In this document: piece after piece, positions 15,001-28,200 of the stretch | Position numbering within the stretch: the stretch's first letter is position 1 | Layout of the letters: the number at the start of each line of letters is the position of its first letter | Source of the DNA: Eledone cirrhosa | Lineage: Eukaryota | Direction: 5' to 3' | Length of the DNA stretch: 64,000 bases | NCBI GenBank assembly: GCA_964016885.1 | Contig: OZ024741.1 | Span: 396,428,001-396,492,000, forward strand | Notes under the pieces: model-generated | Database searches by the model: none | The model's input: only the letters and a program-made list of their open reading frames with translations | Told to the model about the DNA's origin: nothing | Made by a program: the position numbers and the translations under genes

Positions 15001-18000
15001 TTTCAATCAGTCACACCACAAGGGTCAAATTCCTTCAATCAGTCACACCACAAGGGTCAAAGTGCATCAATCAGTCACACCACAAGGGTCAAATTCCTTC
15101 AATCAGTCACACCACAAGGGTCAAAGTGCATCAATCAGTCACACCACAAGAGTCAAAGTGCTTCAATCATTCACACCACAAGGGTCAAATTCCTTCAATC
15201 AGTCACACCACAAGGGTCAAAGTGCATCAATCAGTCATACCACAAGAGTCAAAGTGCATCAATCAGTCACACCACAAGGGTCAAAGTGCATCAATCAGCC
15301 ACACCACAAGGGTCAAAGTGCATCAATCAGTCACACCACAAGAGTCAAAGTGCATCAATCAGTCACACCACAAGAGTCAAAGTGCATCAATCAGTCACAC
15401 CACAAGGGTCAAAGTGCTTCAATCAGTCACACCACAAGAGTCAAAGTGTTTCAATCAGTCACACCACAAGAGTCAAAGTGCATCAATCAGTCACACCACA
15501 AGGGTCAAATTCCTTCAATCAGTCACACCACAAGGGTCAAAGTGCATCAATCAGTCACACCACAAGGGTCAAAGTGCATCAATCAGTCACACCACAAGAG
15601 TCAAAGTGCTTCAATCAGTCACACCACAAGGGTCAAATTCCTTCAATCAGTCACACCACAAGGTTCAAAGTGCATCAATTAGTCACACCAGAAGGGTCAA
15701 AGTGCATCAATCAGTCACATTACAAGGGTCAAAGTGCATCAATCAGTCACACCACAAGGGTCAAATTCCTTCAATCAGTCACACCACAAGAGTCAAAGTG
15801 CATCAATCAGTCACACCACAAGAGTCAAAGTGCTTCAATCAGTCACACCACAAGGGTCAAATTCCTTCAATCAGTCAAACCACAAGGGTCAAAGTGCATC
15901 AATCAGTCACACCACAAGGGTCAACGTGCATCAATCAGTCACACCACAAGGGTCAAAGTGCATCAATCAGTCACACCACAAGAGTCAAAGTGCATCAATC
16001 AGTCACACCACAAGGGTCAAAGTGCATCAATCAGTCACACCACAAGGGTCAAAGTGCATCAATCAGTCACACCACAAGAGTCAAAGTGCATCAATCAGTC
16101 ACACCACAAGGGTCAAATTCCTTCAATCAGTCACACCACAAGGGTCAAAGTGCATCAATCAGTCACACCACAAGAGTCAAAGTGCATCAATCAGTCACAC
16201 CTCAAGACTCAAAGTGTATCAATCAGTCACACCACAAGGGTCAAAGTGCATCAATCAGCCACACCACAAGGGTCAAAGTGCATCAATCAGTCACACCACA
16301 AGGGTCAAAGTGCATCAATCAGTCACACCACAAGAGTCAAAGTGCATCAATCAGTCACACCACAAGGGTCAAAGTGCATCAATCAGTCACACCACAAGGG
16401 TCAAAGTGCATCAATCATTCACACCACAAGGGTCAAAGTGCATCAATCAGTCACACCACAAGGGTCAAAGTGCATCAATCAGTCACACCACAAGAGTCAA
16501 AGTGCATCAATCAGTCACACCACAAGGGTCAAATTCCTTCAATCAGTCACACCACAAGGGTCAAAGTGCATCAATCAGTCACACCACACGAGTCAAAGTG
16601 CATCAATCAGTCACACCACAAGGGTCAAAGTGCATCAATCAGTCACACCACAAGGGTCAAAGTGCATCACAGTCACACCACAAGTGTCAAAGTGCATCAA
16701 TCAGTCACACCACAAGGGTCAAAGTGCATCAATCAGTCACACCACAAGAGTCAAAGTGCATCAATCAGCCACACCACAAGGATCAAAGTGCATCAATCAG
16801 TCACACCACAAGGGTCAAAGTGCATCAATCAGTCAGACCACAAGGGTCAAAGTGGATCAATCAGTCACACCACAAGGGTCAAAGTGCATCATTCAGTCAC
16901 ACCACAAGGGTCAAAGTGCATCAATCAGTCACACCACAAGAGTCAAAGTGCATCAATCAGTCACACCACAAGAGTCAAGGGGCACCAATCAGTCACACCA
17001 CAAGGGTCAAATTCCTTCAATCAGTCACACCACAAGGGTCAAAGTGCATCAATCAGTCACACCTCAAGACTCAAAGTGTATCAATCAGTCACACCACAAG
17101 GGTCAAAGTGCATCAATCAGTCACACCACGAGGGTCAAAGTGCATCAATGAGTCACACGACAAGGGTCAAAGTGCATCAATCAGTCACACCACACGGGTC
17201 AAAGTGCATCAATCAGTAACACCACAAGAGTCAAACAGCATCAATCAGTCACACCACAAGGGTCAACGTGCATCAATCAGTCACACCACAAGTTTCAAAG
17301 TGCATCAATCAGTCACACCACAAGGGTCAAAGTGCATCAATCAGTCACACCACAAGGGTCAAAGTGCATCAATCAGCCACACCACAAGGGTCAAAGTGCA
17401 TCAATCAGTTACACCACAAGAGTCAAAGTGCATCTATCAGTCACACCACAAGAGTCAAAGTGCATCAATCAGTCACACCACAAGAGTGAAAGTGCATCAA
17501 TCAGTTACACCACAAGAGTCAAAGTGCATCAATCAGTCACACCACAAGGGTCAAAGTGCATCAATCAGCCACACCACAAGGGTCAAAGTGCATCAATCAG
17601 TCACACCACAAGAGTCAAAGTGCATCAATCAGTCACACCACAAGGGTCAAAGTGCATCAATCAGTTACACCACAAGAGTCAATGTGCATCAATCAGTTAC
17701 ACCACAAGAGTCAAAGTGCATCAATCAGACACACCACAAGGGTCAAAGTGCATCAATCAGTTACACCACAAGAGTCAAAGTGCATCAATCAGTTACACCA
17801 CAAGAGTCAAAGTGCATCAATCAGTCACACCACAAGAGTCAAAGTGCATCAATCAGTCACACCACAAGGGTCAAAGTGCATCAATCAGTCACACCACAAG
17901 GGTCAAAGTGCATCAATCAGTCACACCACAAGAGTCAAAGTGCATCAATCAGTCACACCACAGGGTCAAAGTGCATCAATCAGTCACACCACAAGGGTCA

Positions 18001-18400
18001 AAGTGTATCAATCAGTCACACCACAAGGGTCAAAGTGCATCAAACAGTCACACCACAAGAGTCAAAGTGCATCAATCAGTCACACCACAAGGGTCAAATT
18101 CTTTCAATCAGTCACACCACAAGAGTCAAAGTGCATCAATCAGTCACACCACAAGGGTCAAAGTGCATCAATCAGTCACACCACAAGGGTAAAAGTGTTT
18201 CGATCAGTCACACCACAACGGTCAAAGTGCATCAATCAGTCACACCACAAGGGTCAAAGTGTTTCAATCAGTCACACCACAAGGGTCAAAGTGCATCAAT
18301 CAGTCACACCACAAGAGTCAAAGTGCATCAATCAATCACACCACAAGGGTCAAAGTGCATCAATCAGTCACACCACAAGGGTCAAAGTGTTTCAATCAGT
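1..18400 (+). repeat. Degenerate higher-order repeat zone with a variable period of about 3.2-4.5 kb
   Basis: Rare variant CCACTAGG recurs at 2771, 6001, 10542, 14793 and 18437 (spacings 3230, 4541, 4251, 3644). Variant GTCAATGTGC recurs at 1851, 5273, 9750, 13937 and 17678. ORF-track boundaries repeat at offset 4477 (4494/8971, 4639/9116, 4750/9227). Confidence 0.8.
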
Positions 18401-18409
18401 CACACAACA

Positions 18410-21400
18410 AGGGTCAAAGTGCATCAATCAGTCACACCACTAGGGTCAAAGTGCATCAATCAGTCACACCACAAGGGTCAAATTCCTTCAATCAGTCACA
18501 CCACAAGGGTCAAAGTGTTTCAATCAGTCACACCACAAGGGTCAAAGTGTTTCAATCAGTCACACAACAAGGGTCAAAGTGCATCAATCAGTCACACCAC
18601 AAGGGTCAAATTCCTTCAATCAGTCACACCACAAGGGTCAAAGTGCATCAATCAGTCACACCACAAGGGTCAAAGTGCATCAATCAGTCACACCACAAGA
18701 GTCAAAGTGCTTCAATCAGTCACACCACAAGGGTCAAATTCCTTCAATCAGTCACACCACAAGGTTCAAAGTGCATCAATTAGTCACACCAGAAGGGTCA
18801 AAGTGCATCAATCAGTCACATTACAAGGGTCAAAGTGCATCAATCAGTCACACCACAAGGGTCAAATTCCTTCAATCAGTCACACCACAAGAGTCAAAGT
18901 GCATCAATCAGTCACACCACAAGAGTCAAAGTGCTTCAATCAGTCACACCACAAGCGTCAAATTCCTTTAATCAGTCACACCACAAGGTTCAAAGTGCAT
19001 CAATCAGTCACACCACAAGGGTCAAAGTGCATCAATCAGTCACACCACAAGGGTCAAAGTGCATCAATCAGTCACACCACAAGAGTCAAAGTGCATCAAT
19101 CAGTCACACCACAAGGGTCAAAGTGGATCAATCAGTCACACCACAAGGGTCAAAGTGCATCAATCAGTCACACCACAAGAGTCAAAGTGCATCAATCAGT
19201 CACACCACAAGGGTCAAAGTGCATCAATCAGTCACACCACAAGGGTCAAAGTGCATCAATCAGTCACACCACAAGAGTCAAAGTGCATCAATCAGTCACA
19301 CCACAAGGGTCAAATTCCTTCAATCAGTCACACCACAAGAGTCAAAGTGCATCAATCAGTCACACCACAAGGGTCAAAGTGCATCAATCAGTTACACCAC
19401 AAGGGTCAAAGTGCATCAATCAGTCACACCACAAGGGTCAAATTCCTTCAATCAGTCACACCACAAGGGTCAAAGTGCATCAATCAGTCACACCACAAGA
19501 GTCAAAGTGCATCAATCAGTCACACCACAAGGGTCAAAGTGCATCAATCAGACACACCACAAGGGTCAAAGTGCATCAATCAGTCACACCACAAGGGTCA
19601 AAGTGCATCAATCAGTCACACCACAAGAGTCAAAGTGTATCAATCGGTAACACCACAAGGGTCAAAGTGCATCAATCAGTCACACCACAAGGGTCAAAGT
19701 GCATCAATCAGTCACACCCCAAGGGTCAAAGTGCATCAATCAGTCACACCACTAGGGTCAAAGTGCATCAATCAGTCACACCACAAGGGTCAAATTCCTT
19801 CAATCAGTCACACCACAAGGGTCAAAGTGTTTCAATCAGTCACACCACAAGGGTCAAAGTGTTTCAATCAGTCACACAACAAGGGTCAAGGTGCATCAAT
19901 CAGTCACACCACAAGGGTCAAATTCCTTCAATCAGTCACACCACAAGGGTCAAAGTGCATCAATCAGTCACACCACAAGGGTCAAATTCCTTCAATCAGT
20001 CACACCACAAGGGTCAAAGTGCATCAATCAGTCACACCACAAGAGTCAAAGTGCTTCAATCAGTCACACCACAAGGGTCAAATTCCTTCAATCAGTCACA
20101 CCACAAGGGTCAAAGTGCATCAATCAGTCACACCACAAGAGTCAAAGTGCATCAATCAGTCACACCACAAGGGTCAAAGTGCATCAATCAGCCACACCAC
20201 AAGGGTCAAAGTGCATCAATCAGTCACACCACAAGAGTCAAAGTGCATCAATCAGACACACCACAAGAGTCAAAGTGCATCAATCAGTGACACCACAAGG
20301 GTCAAAGTGCTTCAATCAGTCACACCACAAGAGTCAAAGTGTTTCAATCAGTCACACCACAAGAGTCAAAGTGCATCAATCAGTCACACCACAAGGGTCA
20401 AATTCCTTCAATCAGTCACACCACAAGGGTCAAAGTGCATCAATCAGTCACACCACAAGGGTCAAAGTGCATCAATCAGTCACACCACAAGAGTCAAAGT
20501 GCTTCAATCAGTCACACCACAAGGGTCAAATTCCTTCAATCAGTCACACCACAAGGGTCAAAGTGCATCAATCACTCACACCAGAAGGGTCAAAGTGCAT
20601 TAATCAGTCACACCACAAGGGTCAAAGTGCATCAATCAGTCACACCACAAGGGTCAAATTCCTTCAATCAGTCACACCACAAGAGTCAAAGTGCATCAAT
20701 CAGTCACACCACAAGAGTCAAAGTGCTTCAATCAGTCACACCACAAGGGTCAAATTCCTTCAATCAGTCACACCACAAGGGTCAAAGTGCATCAATCAGT
20801 CACACCACAAGGGTCAAAGTGCATCAATCAGTCACACCACAAGGGTCAAAGTGCATCAATCAGTCACACCACAAGAGTCAAAGTGCATCAATCAGTCACA
20901 CCACAAGGGTCAAAGTGCATCAATCAGTCACACCACAAGGGTCAAAGTGCATCAATCAGTCACACCACAAGAGTCAAAGTGCATCAATCAGTCACACCAC
21001 AAGGGTCAAAGTGCATCAATCAGTCACACCACAAGGGTCAAAGTGCATCAATCAGTCACACCACAAGGGTCAACGTGCATCAATCAGTCACACCACAAGA
21101 GTCAAAGTGCATCAATCAGTCACACCACAAGGGTCAAATTCCTTCAATCAGTCACACCACAAGAGTCAAAGTGCATCAATCAGTCACACCACAAGGGTCA
21201 AAGTGCATCAATCAGTTACACCACAAGGGTCAAAGTGCATCAATCAGTCACACCACACGAGTCAAAGTGCATCAATCAGTCACACCACAAGGGTCAAAGT
21301 GCATCAATCAGTCACACCACAAGGGTCAAAGTGCATCACAGTCACACCACAAGTGTCAAAGTGCATCAATCAGTCACACCACAAGGGTCAAAGAGCATCA

Positions 21401-24400
21401 ATCAGTCACACCACAAGGGTCAAATTCCTTCAATCAGTCACACCACAAGGGTCAAAGTGCATCAATCAGTCACACCACAAGAGTCAAAGTGCTTCAATCA
21501 TTCACACCACAAGGGTCAAATTCCTTCAATCAGTCACACCACAAGGGTCAAAGTGCATCAATCAGTCACACCACAAGAGTCAAAGTGCATCAATCAGTCA
21601 CACCACAAGGGTCAAAGTGCATCAATCAGCCACACCACAAGGGTCAAAGTGCATCAATCAGTCACACCACTAGGGTCAAAGTGCATCAATCAGTCACACC
21701 ACAAGGGTCAAATTCCTTCAATCAGTCACACCACAAGGGTCAAAGTGTTTCAATCAGTCACACCACAAGGGTCAAAGTGTTTCAATCAGTCACACAACAA
21801 GGGTCAAAGTGCATCAATCAGTCACACCACAAGGGTCAAATTCCTTCAATCAGTCACACCACAAGGGTCAAAGTGCATCAATCAGTCACACCACAAGGGT
21901 CAAAGTGCATCAATCAGTCACACCACAAGAGTCAAAGTGCTTCAATCAGTCACACCACAAGGGTCAAATTCCTTCAATCAGTCACACCACAAGGTTCAAA
22001 GTGCATCAATTAGTCACACCAGAAGGGTCAAAGTGCATCAATCAGTCACATTACAAGGGTCAAAGTGCATCAATCAGTCACACCACAAGGGTCAAATTCC
22101 TTCAATCAGTCACACCACAAGAGTCAAAGTGCATCAATCAGTCACACCACAAGAGTCAAAGTGCTTCAATCAGTCACACCACAAGGGTCAAATTCCTTTA
22201 ATCAGTCACACCACAAGGTTCAAAGTGCATCAATCAGTCACACCACAAGGGTCAAAGTGCATCAATCAGTCACACCACAAGGGTCAAAGTGCATCAATCA
22301 GTCACACCACAAGAGTCAAAGTGCATCAATCAGTCACACCACAAGGGTCAAAGTGGATCAATCAGTCACACCACAAGGGTCAAAGTGCATCAATCAGTCA
22401 CACCACAAGAGTCAAAGTGCATCAATCAGTCACACCACAAGGGTCAAAGTGCATCAATCAGTCACACCACAAGGGTCAAAGTGCATCAATCAGTCACACC
22501 ACAAGAGTCAAAGTGCATCAATCAGTCACACCACAAGGGTCAAATTCCTTCAATCAGTCACACCACAAGAGTCAAAGTGCATCAATCAGTCACACCACAA
22601 GGGTCAAAGTGCATCAATCAGTTACACCACAAGGGTCAAAGTGCATCAATCAGTCACACCACAAGGGTCAAATTCCTTCAATCAGTCACACCACAAGGGT
22701 CAAAGTGCATCAATCAGTCACACCACAAGAGTCAAAGTGCATCAATCAGTCACACCACAAGGGTCAAAGTGCATCAATCAGACACACCACAAGGGTCAAA
22801 GTGCATCAATCAGTCACACCACAAGGGTCAAAGTGCATCAATCAGTCACACCACAAGAGTCAAAGTGTATCAATCGGTAACACCACAAGGGTCAAAGTGC
22901 ATCAATCAGTCACACCACAAGGGTCAAAGTGCATCAATCAGTCACACCCCAAGGGTCAAAGTGCATCAATCAGTCACACCACTAGGGTCAAAGTGCATCA
23001 ATCAGTCACACCACAAGGGTCAAATTCCTTCAATCAGTCACACCACAAGGGTCAAAGTGTTTCAATCAGTCACACCACAAGGGTCAAAGTGTTTCAATCA
23101 GTCACACAACAAGGGTCAAGGTGCATCAATCAGTCACACCACAAGGGTCAAATTCCTTCAATCAGTCACACCACAAGGGTCAAAGTGCATCAATCAGTCA
23201 CACCACAAGGGTCAAATTCCTTCAATCAGTCACACCACAAGGGTCAAAGTGCATCAATCAGTCACACCACAAGAGTCAAAGTGCTTCAATCAGTCACACC
23301 ACAAGGGTCAAATTCCTTCAATCAGTCACACCACAAGGGTCAAAGTGCATCAATCAGTCACACCACAAGAGTCAAAGTGCATCAATCAGTCACACCACAA
23401 GGGTCAAAGTGCATCAATCAGCCACACCACAAGGGTCAAAGTGCATCAATCAGTCACACCACAAGAGTCAAAGTGCATCAATCAGACACACCACAAGAGT
23501 CAAAGTGCATCAATCAGTGACACCACAAGGGTCAAAGTGCTTCAATCAGTCACACCACAAGAGTCAAAGTGTTTCAATCAGTCACACCACAAGAGTCAAA
23601 GTGCATCAATCAGTCACACCACAAGGGTCAAATTCCTTCAATCAGTCACACCACAAGGGTCAAAGTGCATCAATCAGTCACACCACAAGGGTCAAAGTGC
23701 ATCAATCAGTCACACCACAAGAGTCAAAGTGCTTCAATCAGTCACACCACAAGGGTCAAATTCCTTCAATCAGTCACACCACAAGGGTCAAAGTGCATCA
23801 ATCACTCACACCAGAAGGGTCAAAGTGCATTAATCAGTCACACCACAAGGGTCAAAGTGCATCAATCAGTCACACCACAAGGGTCAAATTCCTTCAATCA
23901 GTCACACCACAAGAGTCAAAGTGCATCAATCAGTCACACCACAAGAGTCAAAGTGCTTCAATCAGTCACACCACAAGGGTCAAATTCCTTCAATCAGTCA
24001 CACCACAAGGGTCAAAGTGCATCAATCAGTCACACCACAAGGGTCAAAGTGCATCAATCAGTCACACCACAAGGGTCAAAGTGCATCAATCAGTCACACC
24101 ACAAGAGTCAAAGTGCATCAATCAGTCACACCACAAGGGTCAAAGTGCATCAATCAGTCACACCACAAGGGTCAAAGTGCATCAATCAGTCACACCACAA
24201 GAGTCAAAGTGCATCAATCAGTCACACCACAAGGGTCAAAGTGCATCAATCAGTCACACCACAAGGGTCAAAGTGCATCAATCAGTCACACCACAAGGGT
24301 CAACGTGCATCAATCAGTCACACCACAAGAGTCAAAGTGCATCAATCAGTCACACCACAAGGGTCAAATTCCTTCAATCAGTCACACCACAAGAGTCAAA

Positions 24401-24900
24401 GTGCATCAATCAGTCACACCACAAGGGTCAAAGTGCATCAATCAGTTACACCACAAGGGTCAAAGTGCATCAATCAGTCACACCACACGAGTCAAAGTGC
24501 ATCAATCAGTCACACCACAAGGGTCAAAGTGCATCAATCAGTCACACCACAAGGGTCAAAGTGCATCACAGTCACACCACAAGTGTCAAAGTGCATCAAT
24601 CAGTCACACCACAAGGGTCAAAGAGCATCAATCAGTCACACCACAAGGGTCAAATTCCTTCAATCAGTCACACCACAAGGGTCAAAGTGCATCAATCAGT
24701 CACACCACAAGAGTCAAAGTGCTTCAATCATTCACACCACAAGGGTCAAATTCCTTCAATCAGTCACACCACAAGGGTCAAAGTGCATCAATCAGTCACA
24801 CCACAAGAGTCAAAGTGCATCAATCAGTCACACCACAAGGGTCAAAGTGCATCAATCAGCCACACCACAAGGGTCAAAGTGCATCAATCAGTCACACCAC
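18410..24900 (+). repeat. Near-identical tandem duplication with a 3,230-bp unit (101 monomers, one of them 30 bp)
   Basis: ORF starts repeat at exactly +3230 (18579/21809, 18835/22065, 19059/22289, 19891/23121, 20339/23569, 20691/23921). Private variants such as AATCGGTAAC and CACACCCC occur in both copies. One difference seen: C18956 versus G22186. 101x32-2=3230. Confidence 0.93.
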
Positions 24901-26459
24901 AAGAGTCAAAGTGCATCAATCAGTCACACCACAAGAGTCAAAGTGCATCAATCAGTGACACCACAAGGGTCAAAGTGCTTCAATCAGTCACACCACAAGA
25001 GTCAAAGTGTTTCAATCAGTCACACCACAAGAGTCAAAGTGCATCAATCAGTCACACCACAAGGGTCAAATTCCTTCAATCAGTCACACCACAAGGGTCA
25101 AAGTGCATCAATCAGTCACACCACAAGGGTCAAAGTGCATCAATCAGTCACACCACAAGAGTCAAAGTGCTTCAATCAGTCACACCACAAGGGTCAAATT
25201 CCTTCAATCAGTCACACCACAAGGTTCAAAGTGCATCAATTAGTCACACCAGAAGGGTCAAAGTGCATCAATCAGTCACATTACAAGGGTCAAAGTGCAT
25301 CAATCAGTCACACCACAAGGGTCAAATTCCTTCAATCAGTCACACCACAAGAGTCAAAGTGCATCAATCAGTCACACCACAAGAGTCAAAGTGCTTCAAT
25401 CAGTCACAGCACAAGGGTCAAATTCCTTCAATCAGTCACACCACAAGGGTCAAAGTGCATCAATCAGTCACACCACAAGGGTCAACGTGCATCAATCAGT
25501 CACACCACAAGGGTCAAAGTGCATCAATCAGTCACACCACAAGAGTCAAAGTGCATCAATCAGTCACACCACAAGGGTCAAAGTGCATCAATCAGTCACA
25601 CCACAAGGGTCAAAGTGCATCAATCAGTCACACCACAAGAGTCAAAGTGCATCAATCAGTCACACCACAAGGGTCAAATTCCTTCAATCAGTCACACCAC
25701 AAGGGTCAAAGTGCATCAATCAGTCACACCACAAGAGTCAAAGTGCATCAATCAGTCACACCACAAGGGTCAAAGTGCATCAATCAGTCACACCACAAGG
25801 GTCAAAGTGCATCAATCAGTCACACCACAAGAGTCAAAGTGCATCAATCAGTCACACCACAAGGGTCAAAGTGCATCAATCAGTCACACCACAAGGGTCA
25901 AAGTGCATCAATCATTCACACCACAAGGGTCAAAGTGCATCAATCAGTCACACCACAAGGGTCAAAGTGCATCAATCAGTCACACCACAAGAGTCAAAGT
26001 GCATCAATCAGTCACACCACAAGGGTCAAATTCCTTCAATCAGTCACACCACAAGGGTCAAAGTGCATCAATCAGTCACACCACACGAGTCAAAGTGCAT
26101 CAATCAGTCACACCACAAGGGTCAAAGTGCATCAATCAGTCACACCACAAGGGTCAAAGTGCATCACAGTCACACCACAAGTGTCAAAGTGCATCAATCA
26201 GTCACACCACAAGGGTCAAAGTGCATCAATCAGTCACACCACAAGAGTCAAAGTGCATCAATCAGCCACACCACAAGGATCAAAGTGCATCAATCAGTCA
26301 CACCACAAGGGTCAAAGTGCATCAATCAGTCAGACCACAAGGGTCAAAGTGGATCAATCAGTCACACCACAAGGGTCAAAGTGCATCATTCAGTCACACC
26401 ACAAGGGTCAAAGTGCATCAATCAGTCACACCACAAGAGTCAAAGTGCATCAATCAGTC

Positions 26460-28200
26460 ACACCACAAGAGTCAAGGGGCACCAATCAGTCACACCACAA
26501 GGGTCAAATTCCTTCAATCAGTCACACCACAAGGGTCAAAGTGCATCAATCAGTCACACCTCAAGACTCAAAGTGTATCAATCAGTCACACCACAAGGGT
26601 CAAAGTGCATCAATCAGTCACACCACGAGGGTCAAAGTGCATCAATCAGTCACACCACAAGGGTCAAAGTGCATCAATCAGTCACACCACAAGGGTCAAA
26701 GTGCATCAATCAGTAACACCACAAGAGTCAAACAGCATCAATCAGTCACACCACAAGGGTCAACGTGCATCAATTAGTCACACCACAAGTTTCAAAGTGC
26801 ATCAATCAGTCACACCACAAGGGTCAAAGTGCATCAATCAGTCACACCACAAGGGTCAAAGTGCATCAATCAGCCACACCACAAGGGTCAAAGTGCATCA
26901 ATCAGTTACACCACAAGAGTCAAATTGCATCTATCAGTCACACCACAAGAGTCAAAGTGCATCAGTCAGTCACACCACAAGAGTCAAAGTGCATCAATCA
27001 GTTACACCACAAGAGTCAAAGTGCATCAATCAGTCACACCACAAGGGTCAAAGTGCATCAATCAGCCACACCACAAGGGTCAAAGTGCATCAATCAGTCA
27101 CACCACAAGAGTCAAAGTGCATCAATCAGTCACACCACAAGGGTCAAAGTGCATCAATCAGTTACACCACAAGAGTCAATGTGCATCAATCAGTTACACC
27201 ACAAGAGTCAAAGTGCATCAATCAGACACACCACAAGGGTCAAAGTGCATCAATCAGTTACACCACAAGAGTCAAAGTGCATCAATCAGTTACACCACAA
27301 GAGTCAAAGTGCATCAATCAGTCACACCACAAGAGTCAAAGTGCATCAATCAGTCACACCACAAGAGTCAAGGGGCACCAATCAGTCACACCACAAGGGT
27401 CAAATTCCTTCAATCAGTCACACCACAAGGGTCAAAGTGCATCAATCAGTCACACCTCAAGACTCAAAGTGTATCAATCAGTCACACCACAAGGGTCAAA
27501 GTGCATCAATCAGTCACACCACGAGGGTCAAAGTGCATCAATCAGTCACACGACAAGGGTCAAAGTGCATCAATCAGTCACACCACAAGGGTCAAAGTGC
27601 ATCAATCAGTAACACCACAAGAGTCAAACAGCATCAATCAGTCACACCACAAGGGTCAACGTGCATCAATCAGTCACACCACAAGTTTCAAAGTGCATCA
27701 ATCAGTCACACCACAAGGGTCAAAGTACATCAATCAGTCACACCACAAGGGTCAAAGTGCATCAATCAGCCACACCACAAGGGTCAAAGTGCATCAATCA
27801 GTTACACCACAAGAGTCAAAGTGCATCTATCAGTCACACCACAAAAGTCAAAGTGCATCAATCAGTCACACCACAAGAGTCAAAGCGCATCAATCAGTTA
27901 CACCACAAGAGTCAAAGTGCATCAATCAGTCACACCACAAGGGTCAAAGTGCATCAATCAGCCACACCACAAGGGTCAAAGTGCATCAATCAGTCACACC
28001 ACAAGAGTCAAAGTGCATCAATCAGTCACACCACAAGGGTCAAAGTGCATCAATCAGTTACACCACAAGAGTCAATGTGCATCAATCAGTTACACCACAA
28101 GAGTCAAAGTGCATCAATCAGACACACGACAAGGGTCAAAGTGCATCAATCAGTCACACCACAAGAGTCAAAGTGCATCAATCAGTTACACCACAAGAGT
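26460..28200 (+). repeat. Local tandem duplication with an 896-bp unit (28 monomers)
   Basis: ORF boundaries 26716/27612 and 26765/27661 and marker GTCAATGTGC at 27175/28071 are all offset by 896. Both copies carry the AAGTTTC and AAACAGC variants, with several point differences between copies. Confidence 0.82.
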
